In this document: positions 19,179 to 27,393 of the stretch, piece by piece | Layout of the letters: every line of letters begins with the position of its first letter | How positions within the stretch are numbered: position 1 is the stretch's first letter | Assembly: GCF_001997385.1 (NCBI RefSeq) | Contig: NZ_CP019633.1 | Span: 2,700,001-2,732,000, forward strand | DNA from: Sedimentisphaera cyanobacteriorum | Lineage (GTDB): Bacteria; Planctomycetota; Phycisphaerae; Sedimentisphaerales; Sedimentisphaeraceae | Direction of reading: 5' to 3' | DNA: 32,000 bases | The notes under the pieces: generated by a model | The model's database searches: none | The model's input: only the letters and a program-made list of their open reading frames with translations | Told to the model about the DNA's origin: nothing | Translations under genes and position numbers: made by a program

Positions 19179-20297
19179 TTAGTATGTTGATTCACGCACT
19201 ACAAGCTCTCCGCTTAAAACTACCTTTCTGGCAGGCTGATGAGGTTTTTGAACCCGACTGAGCATCAGTTGCACTGCCTCTTTCGCAATCTCCTTTACAG
19301 GCTGGCGGTAAGTAGTAAGCGGCACTCTCAAAAACTTGGCATACCGCACATCGTCCACCCCGGCCGCCTTTACATCCTGCGGGATTTTCCAGCCGCCCCT
19401 TTCTAATACATGCATCAGTTCCGAGGCGGTCGTATCGTTTGCGCACAAAACGCCGGGCTTTTCAGCACCTCCAAGAAGTCTTTCGGCAAACCCTTCGCTG
19501 TTCATATCATCAATTATAACATTCTCATCGCCTGCGTTGATGCCCTCCTCCAGCAGAGCCTGCTTGAAGCCGTAGATTCGCATCTTCACAGAAGGAGCAG
19601 AGTAAGGCCGTGCGAGAAATCTCAGTGTTTTGCAGCCCTGATTAAGCATATGCTTGGCAAGTACAAAAGCCAGACGGAAGTTATCAACGCTCACAAGGTC
19701 GTAACTGCTTCTCTCGGGGAAGGCAGAGATGTCCCTGTCCATCAGTACTATCGGTATATTCGCGCTCTCAAACATTTCAGCTATTTCCTGATTTACCAGA
19801 TCCTTCTCGCTGATAAGCTCAAGCGGACAGAAAAATACGCCGTCAATATGCTGCTGCGTAATGTATCTCTGGGCGAGAGATTTGATATGCTCACGCCGCA
19901 CCCGGGCATCTTCCTGCATTGAGCCTGTCCAGATCAAATTGAAATTCTCCAATTCCGCAAGATGAGACATATGCCCGCATATCGATTCGAAAATCTCTGT
20001 CTCGCCAAGCCCGGGTATCAGCAGCGCAAAGTTTTTAGTACCCTCTTTCGAGTTGTAACGAACAAACGTGCCCGTCCCGCTCACGCGCTCTATATAACCT
20101 GAAGACCTGAGAAGATCCAGCGCTTTTGCTACAGTAGGCCTTGAAACCTCGTATATCTCCGCAAGCTCAACCTCAGTTGGCAGCTTGTTTGTTTTGCCGA
20201 AGGCGTTGCTTTCAATCTTATCTTTTAATGATTTGTAAACCCTGTAAAACTTCTGCCTTGAGTTTATGTGAATATCAGCTTCTTTATCAATTTCCAT
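19179..20297 (-). CDS. Chimeric transcriptional regulator: GntR-type winged HTH plus LacI/GalR-type sugar-binding domain (AraR-like architecture)
   Basis: The N-terminus (KLPTEVELAEIYEVSRPTVAKALDLLRSSGYIERVSGTGTFV) is a GntR-type HTH. The remaining roughly 290 aa look like a periplasmic-binding-protein type I fold (ALLIPGLGE..., IPIVLMDRD, GVLCANDTTA). Confidence 0.8.
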   Translation of the reverse strand: MEIDKEADIHINSRQKFYRVYKSLKDKIESNAFGKTNKLPTEVELAEIYEVSRPTVAKALDLLRSSGYIERVSGTGTFVRYNSKEGTKNFALLIPGLGETEIFESICGHMSHLAELENFNLIWTGSMQEDARVRREHIKSLAQRYITQQHIDGVFFCPLELISEKDLVNQEIAEMFESANIPIVLMDRDISAFPERSSYDLVSVDNFRLAFVLAKHMLNQGCKTLRFLARPYSAPSVKMRIYGFKQALLEEGINAGDENVIIDDMNSEGFAERLLGGAEKPGVLCANDTTASELMHVLERGGWKIPQDVKAAGVDDVRYAKFLRVPLTTYRQPVKEIAKEAVQLMLSRVQKPHQPARKVVLSGELVVRESTY

Positions 20298-20316
20298 TAA
20301 GCAGTCCGTTCAAATC

Positions 20317-21678
20317 CTACTGAATCCCTAATTTTTTCTGCATTTCTTCAAGCGAAACATTCTTTGTCTCGGGAACCATTGTCTTAACCCAGACAAGCTG
20401 CAGTATCATCATAAAGCAGAAGAAACCGAATATAGCTGCCGGCTGAAGTGTTTCGGCCATCTTTGGGAATACCAGTGTAAGCGAGGCTGCGAAGAACCAG
20501 TGGGTAAAGCTGCCCAGAGACTGCCCAGCAGACCTGAAGCGGTTCGGGAAGATCTCGCTTATCAGAACCCATATCACAGCACCCTGGCCTACCGCATGAG
20601 CAGCGATGAAGGCAAATATGCAGGCGGGAACTATAGCATAATTCTCAACAGCGAACGCCCAAGAGCATAAGCCGAGCGAGGCTATATAGCCGAATGAGCC
20701 GATATACAGAAGCGTTCTTCTGCCGAACTTGTCTATCAGATACAGCCCTACATACGTAAATACCAGATTTGTTATCCCAATTCCTACCGACTTCAGAAGT
20801 GCGGCGCTCTCGCCGAGCCCTGTCCATTCAAAGATTCTCGGGGCAAAGTAGAGTATTGCGTTGATTCCTGAGAGCTGATTAAAAAACGCAACGAGAAAGG
20901 CAAGCATAATCGGAATCTTTAGCTTCGAAGTGAAAAATTTTGCCTTTTGAGCCTTCACTCCGCCTATAGTAGGCTTTGTTTCAATCTCAGAGCTTTCTTC
21001 CACTGAATCCGCAAGCGACTGGAGCTCTTGTTCAGACATATCGGGGTTTATCTCGCTGAAAACTCTGACGCCCTCTTCGCGTTTGCCTCCGTGAACGATG
21101 AGCCAGCGAGGGCTCTCGCAAATCATAATACACATCAGACTGTATATAAGGGCGGGCAGAGCTTCTATGCCCAGCATCCATCTCCATGCAATGGATTCAT
21201 CCATATATCTGCCGATAAGGTAGTTGGAGAGAAATGCCACTAATATACCGAATACAATATTAAACTGGAACATCCCCGCAAGACGTCCTCGAAGCCCTGC
21301 AGGGGCAATTTCAGAAATATACATAGGCGAGGCAATCGTTGCAATTCCAACGCCGATTCCGCCGATAAAACGTGAGATAATAAAGAAGTATTTATCCGGA
21401 GCCATACCCGATCCGATTGCCGAGAGAAGATAAAGCACGCCTATCCATATCAGCGTTTTTCTCCGCCCGAATTTCTCAGCGGGCATGCCGCCTATAAGAG
21501 CTCCGAGCACAGTTCCCCATAATGCTGCGCTCATACATATCCCGTGCATCCCAGAGCTTAAATTCCATACCTCTTCGATTTTCTGCTCGGCGCCGGAGAT
21601 AACAATCGTATCGAACCCGAACAAAAAACCGGCCAGCGAGGCCGTTACAGACCAGAGAAATAAACGTTTGTGCTGCAT
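20317..21678 (-). CDS. MFS sugar porter family transporter (sugar:H+ symporter)
   Basis: It has 12-TM-like hydrophobicity and sugar-porter signatures GRRKTL, ESPRWL, GRRTLL and PETKNVSLEEM. It is 453 aa. Confidence 0.9.
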   Translation of the reverse strand: MQHKRLFLWSVTASLAGFLFGFDTIVISGAEQKIEEVWNLSSGMHGICMSAALWGTVLGALIGGMPAEKFGRRKTLIWIGVLYLLSAIGSGMAPDKYFFIISRFIGGIGVGIATIASPMYISEIAPAGLRGRLAGMFQFNIVFGILVAFLSNYLIGRYMDESIAWRWMLGIEALPALIYSLMCIMICESPRWLIVHGGKREEGVRVFSEINPDMSEQELQSLADSVEESSEIETKPTIGGVKAQKAKFFTSKLKIPIMLAFLVAFFNQLSGINAILYFAPRIFEWTGLGESAALLKSVGIGITNLVFTYVGLYLIDKFGRRTLLYIGSFGYIASLGLCSWAFAVENYAIVPACIFAFIAAHAVGQGAVIWVLISEIFPNRFRSAGQSLGSFTHWFFAASLTLVFPKMAETLQPAAIFGFFCFMMILQLVWVKTMVPETKNVSLEEMQKKLGIQ

Positions 21679-21733
21679 AAAACTCCTTGCCAGTGATCAT
21701 TTCATAAATTGCAGTTTTATTATATATGTGAAT

Positions 21734-22660
21734 TTAATTTTGTAGAGTATTAATTTGCCGATTTTTTATTTCATCCAGAATCTCCGCCGGCAGGCTGGGC
21801 GTTGCCCCGTCCTTAGTGCATACGAAACTGGCCGCCTTCGAGGCGAATTCGTTGGTTTCTTCAATGCTTACCCCGCATAGAAAGCTGTAAACCATTGCAG
21901 CGGTGAAGCAGTCTCCCGCCCCAACTGTGTCTCTAACCTTTGCCGCCTTTGCTGAAGCATGAGAGTATTCCTCCCTGTCTGCCATAATGCTCCCTTCCGC
22001 CCCGAGGGTTAGAGCGATAAGCTTTAGGTTGTAGTGATTCAGTATATGCCCCAGCGTTTGCCTGTCGTTTAAGCCTTCAATCCCAAGCATAACCCTGAAA
22101 ATCTCCAGTTCTTCATCATTGAGCTTGAGTATGTCCGAGATCATCAGGGAGTTTTCGATAATCTCCCTGCTGTAGTATTGCTGACGGATATTTACATCAA
22201 ACACCTTGATGCACTGGTCTCCGGCAGATTCTAAAAAATAAAGAATAGACTTCCTTGAAGTTTCGTTTCTCTGGGCGAGGCTGCCGAAGCAGACCGCATC
22301 GCAGTTTGCCGCAAGCTTCAGAGCTTCCGGAGAGATCGTGATATAATCCCAAGCAGAATTTTCGTTTATTATATATTCAGGCTGCCCTTCAGGGCAAAGC
22401 TTTACGTCCACGCTGCCTGTAGGGCGGCTGTTCACTGAGATGCAGCTTGTGTCAATGCCCTTAGTTTCCAGCTCGCTGAGTATATCTTTACCTGCCTGAT
22501 CTTCGCCGACAGAGCTTACAACTGAGCTTTCTGCGCCCATAAGTGAGCAGTGAATGGCGAAATTTGCCGGCGCTCCGCCCAGGCGGCGACCTCCCGGGAG
22601 ATTGTCGAATAATATTTCACCAATCCCGGCTACTTTAAATCGTTTCAAGTTCTTTGCCAT
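21734..22660 (-). CDS. PfkB-family carbohydrate kinase, probable fructokinase
   Basis: It has N-terminal GEILFDNLPGG..LGGAPANFA and C-terminal DTVGAGDCFTAAMV (PfkB signature 2). The fructokinase call is supported by the neighbouring sugar porter and GH32 genes. Confidence 0.8.
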   Translation of the reverse strand: MAKNLKRFKVAGIGEILFDNLPGGRRLGGAPANFAIHCSLMGAESSVVSSVGEDQAGKDILSELETKGIDTSCISVNSRPTGSVDVKLCPEGQPEYIINENSAWDYITISPEALKLAANCDAVCFGSLAQRNETSRKSILYFLESAGDQCIKVFDVNIRQQYYSREIIENSLMISDILKLNDEELEIFRVMLGIEGLNDRQTLGHILNHYNLKLIALTLGAEGSIMADREEYSHASAKAAKVRDTVGAGDCFTAAMVYSFLCGVSIEETNEFASKAASFVCTKDGATPSLPAEILDEIKNRQINTLQN

Positions 22661-22765
22661 TTTTCGTACCTTTGCTTTTTTAGTAGCTGCAACTGTAATG
22701 TTATTTTAAGTAAAGTAAATGTCAAATTAAAACTCCTGCAAAAACAAATTATTACTACTTTTTTA

Positions 22766-22775
22766 GGCAATTGCC
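22766..22775. promoter_or_regulatory. Perfect 10-bp palindrome GGCAATTGCC just upstream of the GH32 -35 element (operator candidate)
   Basis: The sequence is self-complementary. It lies 22 nt upstream of the TTGACA at 22797, in the divergent fructokinase/GH32 control region. Confidence 0.25.
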
Positions 22776-22796
22776 GCCTATTGGCGAACAATCTTC

Positions 22797-22824
22797 TTGA
22801 CACGTCCTAAGATGGAAGTATTCT
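22797..22824 (+). promoter_or_regulatory. sigma70-like promoter candidate for the GH32 gene
   Basis: TTGACA (22797-22802), a 16-nt spacer, then TATTCT (22819-22824). A second, extended -10-like TGGTATAGT lies at 22835-22843. Confidence 0.35.
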
Positions 22825-22873
22825 AAATGTTATATGGTATAGTCATTATGTAAAATAAATGTAATTTAACTTT

Positions 22874-25150
22874 ATGGAGAATGCTATGGTGCCGGCATCT
22901 TTAACAAAATTCAGCAGTGTTAAGATATTCTCTTTTATGCTGATTCTCATTTACTTCTTGTTTTCGCCTTTATGTTTCGCGGAAGAGCCGATAATAATAG
23001 CCGATTTTGAAAGCGAAGACTACGGCGCTTGGCAGTCAGAAGGTGATGCTTTCGGCGAAGGCCCTGCAGAAGGGACGCTTCCCGGCCAGATGGAAGTAAC
23101 AGGCTTCCAAGGCCAGAGACTTGTGAACAGCTTCAATGGCGGAGACGAAGCCACCGGCTCTCTAACCTCTCCTCAATTTGAAGTGAAACGCCCGTATATC
23201 AGCTTTCTGATTGGCGGAGGCGGCTATGAAGGCAAAACCTGCATCAATCTTCTTTCCGGAGGCGAGGTTGTCAGAACTGCCGAAGGCACAAACACTCAGG
23301 CCGGCGGGTCTGAGCAGCTGATGTGGGATTCCTGGAACGTAAGAGATCTGCAGGGGGAGATGGTGAAGATTCAAATTGTTGACAGCCGCACCGGAGGCTG
23401 GGGGCATATCAATGTAGATCATATCATCCAAACCAGCATTGAGCGGAAGGTTGTGCATAATAAGCAGCGCGAGTTTGAGTTCACCAGCAAATATTTGAAT
23501 TTTCCCGTAAAAAACGGGGCAGCTAAGCGCTGGATACGCCTTTATATTTATGGTGAGAAGGTGCGGGAATTTGATATCCGGCTCGCTCCCTCTGACCCGG
23601 ATTTCTGGGTTTATCTCGATGTAAGCGAGTTTGCCGGCAAAACAGGCACTCTTGAGATAGACCGCTATTCAACTCAGTGGCAGACGGGATTCGATGCGGT
23701 TTTCCAAGCTGAAACATTCCCCGGGCAGGATAATTTGTATCAGGAAAAACGCCGCCCGCAGTTCCACTTCACCTCACGCAGAGGCTGGGTGAACGATACT
23801 AACGGGATGGTATATCACAACGGCAAATACCACCTGTTCTACCAGCACAACCCGTACGGCTGGAACTGGGGCAATATGACTTGGGGACACGCCGTGAGCA
23901 CAGATTTAGTGCACTGGGAGGAATGGGGCGATGCGATCCACCCAGACCAGATGGGCACAATTTTTTCCGGCTCTGCTGTTGTAGAACACGATAAAAGCTC
24001 GTCCGCAGGCAGCGAGGACGAAAGCAAATGCTTTGTGGGCATAAATTCTTTGGCTAATGAGAAAAATTCATCAGGATTTCGTACAGGAAGCGAAGAACCT
24101 ATTGTAGCTTTCTATACATCCGCAGGGAATAACAGCCCTTGGTCTCGGGGCGTGCCTTTTACCCAGTCCATTGCCTACAGCAATGACGGCGGCAGGACAT
24201 TTACAAAATATGAAGGGAATCCGATAATCGGCGAAATCGCAGGCGGAACGCGCGACCCGAAAGTATTCTGGCACGACTCAACTGGCAGATGGGTTATGGT
24301 TCTGTGGATAGAGAACGATAAATTTTCTATATTCACATCCGACAATTTGATAAACTGGCGGATTCAAAGCGATATTAAAGGCTTCTTTGAATGTCCGGAG
24401 ATGTTCGAACTGCCAGTTGATGGAGACCCTTCAAATACTAAATGGGTGGTTTACGGGGCAGCAGGAGATTATAAGCTCGGCGATTTCAACGGTACTGAAT
24501 TTACACCCGAGACAGGAAAAATCAAATTCCAGCACGGGAAAAACTTCTACGCCTCACAGACATTCAATAATATTCCAGACTCCGATGGAAGACGGATACA
24601 GATGGGCTGGGGCAGAGGAATAGATATGCCCGATATGCCCTTCAATCAGATGATCCTTTTCCCTGTATCGCTAACTCTTCATACAACCGAGCAGGGCGTT
24701 CGAATGTTCAAGAATCCCGTGAAGGAAATCTCAAAACTTCACAACCGTCATTGGGACTGGCAGAGCCAAGAGGTGAGTACGGGTGAAAATCCGCTCTCGG
24801 ATGTAAGCGGCGAGCTTTTCCGGATTAAAGCAGTTTTAGAGCCGCGAGGTGCGGATAAAGTTGAATTTGTAATCCGCGGCACTCCTGTTACCTATGATGT
24901 TTCCAGTGAACAGCTAACATGCCTCGGCAGTTCCGCACCGGTCAGCCTGAAAAACGGCAAACTAACGCTGGAAATCCTTGCTGACCGTATGAGCATTGAG
25001 ATCTTTGCCCAAAACGGACGATATTATATGCCGATAGGAGCTGACCTCACTGAAAACCCGAAGTCGTTAGAACTTTGCAGCGAAGGAGGAAATGCATTTG
25101 TTGAATCGATGGATGTTTACACCCTGAAATCTATCTGGACTTCGGAATAA
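22874..25150 (+). CDS. Secreted glycoside hydrolase family 32 (fructan/sucrose hydrolase) with a long N-terminal extension
   Basis: GH32 catalytic blocks are present: WVNDTNGMVYHNGKYHLFYQHNP (nucleophile Asp), RDPKVFW and FFECPEMFELP (acid/base Glu). A C-terminal beta-sandwich region follows. About 290 aa precede the catalytic domain, and there is a signal peptide (FMLILIYFLFSPLCFA). Confidence 0.9.
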   Translation: MENAMVPASLTKFSSVKIFSFMLILIYFLFSPLCFAEEPIIIADFESEDYGAWQSEGDAFGEGPAEGTLPGQMEVTGFQGQRLVNSFNGGDEATGSLTSPQFEVKRPYISFLIGGGGYEGKTCINLLSGGEVVRTAEGTNTQAGGSEQLMWDSWNVRDLQGEMVKIQIVDSRTGGWGHINVDHIIQTSIERKVVHNKQREFEFTSKYLNFPVKNGAAKRWIRLYIYGEKVREFDIRLAPSDPDFWVYLDVSEFAGKTGTLEIDRYSTQWQTGFDAVFQAETFPGQDNLYQEKRRPQFHFTSRRGWVNDTNGMVYHNGKYHLFYQHNPYGWNWGNMTWGHAVSTDLVHWEEWGDAIHPDQMGTIFSGSAVVEHDKSSSAGSEDESKCFVGINSLANEKNSSGFRTGSEEPIVAFYTSAGNNSPWSRGVPFTQSIAYSNDGGRTFTKYEGNPIIGEIAGGTRDPKVFWHDSTGRWVMVLWIENDKFSIFTSDNLINWRIQSDIKGFFECPEMFELPVDGDPSNTKWVVYGAAGDYKLGDFNGTEFTPETGKIKFQHGKNFYASQTFNNIPDSDGRRIQMGWGRGIDMPDMPFNQMILFPVSLTLHTTEQGVRMFKNPVKEISKLHNRHWDWQSQEVSTGENPLSDVSGELFRIKAVLEPRGADKVEFVIRGTPVTYDVSSEQLTCLGSSAPVSLKNGKLTLEILADRMSIEIFAQNGRYYMPIGADLTENPKSLELCSEGGNAFVESMDVYTLKSIWTSE

Positions 25151-25191
25151 CACTTTTTGCAATTAGCCCATAATGCATTAGCGCAAAGAAA

Positions 25192-25222
25192 AGCCGGTTT
25201 GGAAAAACTTCCCAAGCCGGCT
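25192..25222. terminator. Bidirectional terminator candidate between convergent GH32 (+) and GH127-like (-) genes
   Basis: 11-bp stem agccggtttgg / ccaagccggct (one G-U pair on the + strand) with a 9-nt loop. It is flanked by T-rich tracts on both strands: ctctttcaattt after it on +, and ttttctttg after it on -. Confidence 0.6.
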
Positions 25223-25258
25223 CTTTCAATTTGTCAGTTCAAGACTGAACAGTTTAAT

Positions 25259-27373
25259 TTATTTCAGCCTCTCGAGCATAAATACCTCCGGGTCGGGGAT
25301 GTTCTGCCAGTATCTTGCATCCTTTCTCTCGCTTATCAGCGGGAGTACTGTCATTCTCAGATGAGCGCAGCCCATCGGAATCATCTCGATCTTTTCCAGC
25401 TCAGCATCACTGCGCACAGGCCCTTCCCTTACCGGATCTACAGTATTATTTTCCGGATCAACCTTCCATGCAGGTACCCTTTTTGCCTTTGCCTCAAGCA
25501 CAACCGGTGCTTCGGATTCTTTCCAAGGCTGTCCGTTTACCTGTTTAACTTCTTTCAACTTGATGCTATCTTCCGGATTGGCAGGATCTGCTGCTAACCC
25601 GTAATTCCAAGCAGATGCCGGTTCAGCGCTCCATCTCGGCCAGCCTTTAGACTTTGATTTGTGCTTCTGCCAATTTTCTTTTATTCGAACTGAATAGCTC
25701 AGCGGGCCGCGGTTTACTGTGCCCCCTGCATTCCTCGGCCATTCTTTTACAGTAATATCCATTCTGAATTTGACCTTTACTGTGTCGTCTTTCTGCCACT
25801 GTCTGAGAATCCTCACAAACTGCCCGTCAAAATCATTCAGAGTTCGAGCTTTTCCGTTTACGTCAAGCTCAAGGCTTTTGCACCATCCGGGGATTCTCAT
25901 ATAAAGCGGGAAGAAAGCGGGCTTCTCGGGCTTTATTGCCAGATGTATATCCCCGCTGAAGGGATAATTAGTTTCGCAGTCAATCTTCACGTCCGTTCCA
26001 TTCCTTCCGGCCTTTGCATCTACCTTGCACGGGCTGTAAAGCCACGCTATAAGCCCGTTATCAGGCGAGGCCTGCCAAAGATTACGCACAAATCGTGGCC
26101 ATCCCATTGCTGTATTATGCTGGCAGCAGCGGTGGCCGTCTGCCATAAATACCGCATGTGAGCCTCTGTTGTGGTAGTCCAGCTTCGGAACAGAGTACGG
26201 CATATTGCAAGCAGTAAGGTATCTAAGGCTTTTATGGTCTGGCCGGTGAGAGGCCGGGAGATGGTTAAATGTCATATCTTCCGCCTTATCTGCATACTCT
26301 CCGCTGCCGGTAATCCGTGAAAGTATATAGTGGCTTTTATTCATTTCTACAATAGCGCATGTTTCAATTGCCTGCCGCGGGTCAATCTTGCCCATCCGTA
26401 TTCTCTCATCAGCTGCATAAGCACCGCGGGGCATCTGCCCCCAAGCAGACATAAATGAATCATAGAAAAGCTCTGTTTTTTTGAGGTATCTCTCATCGCC
26501 GGTAATTGTAAACATCTGAGCCGGATACCGGAAACGCTGGGCAAAATGAACTGTATGATTATCGAGCCACTGATTCAGTGCTGGCTGGGTTTTATGATAA
26601 ACCCGCACAGCAAAATCCAGCAGTGTTTTATTCCCGGTACGGTTGTAAAGCCAGATAAGCTGCGGAACAAAGTCCCCCGCTCGCTTAAACTGAATCCTGG
26701 GTTTCCAATTTCCGAAATGTTCGCCGTAGTTTTCATAATAATCCCAAGACATTTTCGGCAGGAAAAGCTCATCTGGGAGCTGAATGCAGAATTCGAAGAA
26801 TTTTGAGAGCATCGGGAGTATTCGCTTGTCTCCAGTGGCTTCATAGTGGCTTATAAGCGCATCGTTCATTACCATATGCGGCCAGAGATCAACAATTTTT
26901 TGCCCGTTCTTGCCTTTAACGAGACGGTTGTATGAACTGCCGTAATATCCCTGTTCTGTTTGTGATGAGATGATTGCTTCTAACCATTTATTAGCTGTCT
27001 TTAAAAGCCTTTTATCCTGCGTGAGCCGGGCGAGGTCGTAATAACCCCTGAACCAGTATGTTGCTTCTTCCCAGCCGCGTTCTTTGCCGCCGAGCCAGCC
27101 GCTGTTGGACTGGAGGAATCGGCTTATTTCATCAAGCTTGCCCACCTGACCTTCTGCCATAAGATCAACCTGGGTTTTAAGCCAGCCCTCGGGCTTTATG
27201 CTGCCGAGCGGAAGCCTAATCATAGGGCTCTGCTCAAGAGGGGGAAGGTTGTGTTTATAACTGCTGTTTTTTGCTTTTGTGTCTGCTGAATTTACGGTAT
27301 CTATAACCATCTGAGCATTCACAAGTGTGCATAACAGAACCGCTGAAAGAAATACTGCTGCTCTAAGTTTCAT
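25259..27373 (-). CDS. Secreted GH127/GH146-like glycoside hydrolase (DUF1680, beta-L-arabinofuranosidase-like)
   Basis: I prefer the ATG at 27373 (MKLRAAVFLSAVLLCTLVNAQ signal peptide) to the listed 27412, which would overlap the sulfatase gene. The Glu-x-Cys (AIETCAIVE) and Cys-Cys (GHRCCQHN) motifs match the Zn/catalytic-cysteine arrangement known for GH127. Confidence 0.65.
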   Translation of the reverse strand: MKLRAAVFLSAVLLCTLVNAQMVIDTVNSADTKAKNSSYKHNLPPLEQSPMIRLPLGSIKPEGWLKTQVDLMAEGQVGKLDEISRFLQSNSGWLGGKERGWEEATYWFRGYYDLARLTQDKRLLKTANKWLEAIISSQTEQGYYGSSYNRLVKGKNGQKIVDLWPHMVMNDALISHYEATGDKRILPMLSKFFEFCIQLPDELFLPKMSWDYYENYGEHFGNWKPRIQFKRAGDFVPQLIWLYNRTGNKTLLDFAVRVYHKTQPALNQWLDNHTVHFAQRFRYPAQMFTITGDERYLKKTELFYDSFMSAWGQMPRGAYAADERIRMGKIDPRQAIETCAIVEMNKSHYILSRITGSGEYADKAEDMTFNHLPASHRPDHKSLRYLTACNMPYSVPKLDYHNRGSHAVFMADGHRCCQHNTAMGWPRFVRNLWQASPDNGLIAWLYSPCKVDAKAGRNGTDVKIDCETNYPFSGDIHLAIKPEKPAFFPLYMRIPGWCKSLELDVNGKARTLNDFDGQFVRILRQWQKDDTVKVKFRMDITVKEWPRNAGGTVNRGPLSYSVRIKENWQKHKSKSKGWPRWSAEPASAWNYGLAADPANPEDSIKLKEVKQVNGQPWKESEAPVVLEAKAKRVPAWKVDPENNTVDPVREGPVRSDAELEKIEMIPMGCAHLRMTVLPLISERKDARYWQNIPDPEVFMLERLK

Positions 27374-27393
27374 TTTCTGTCTTTCGTAATTTA

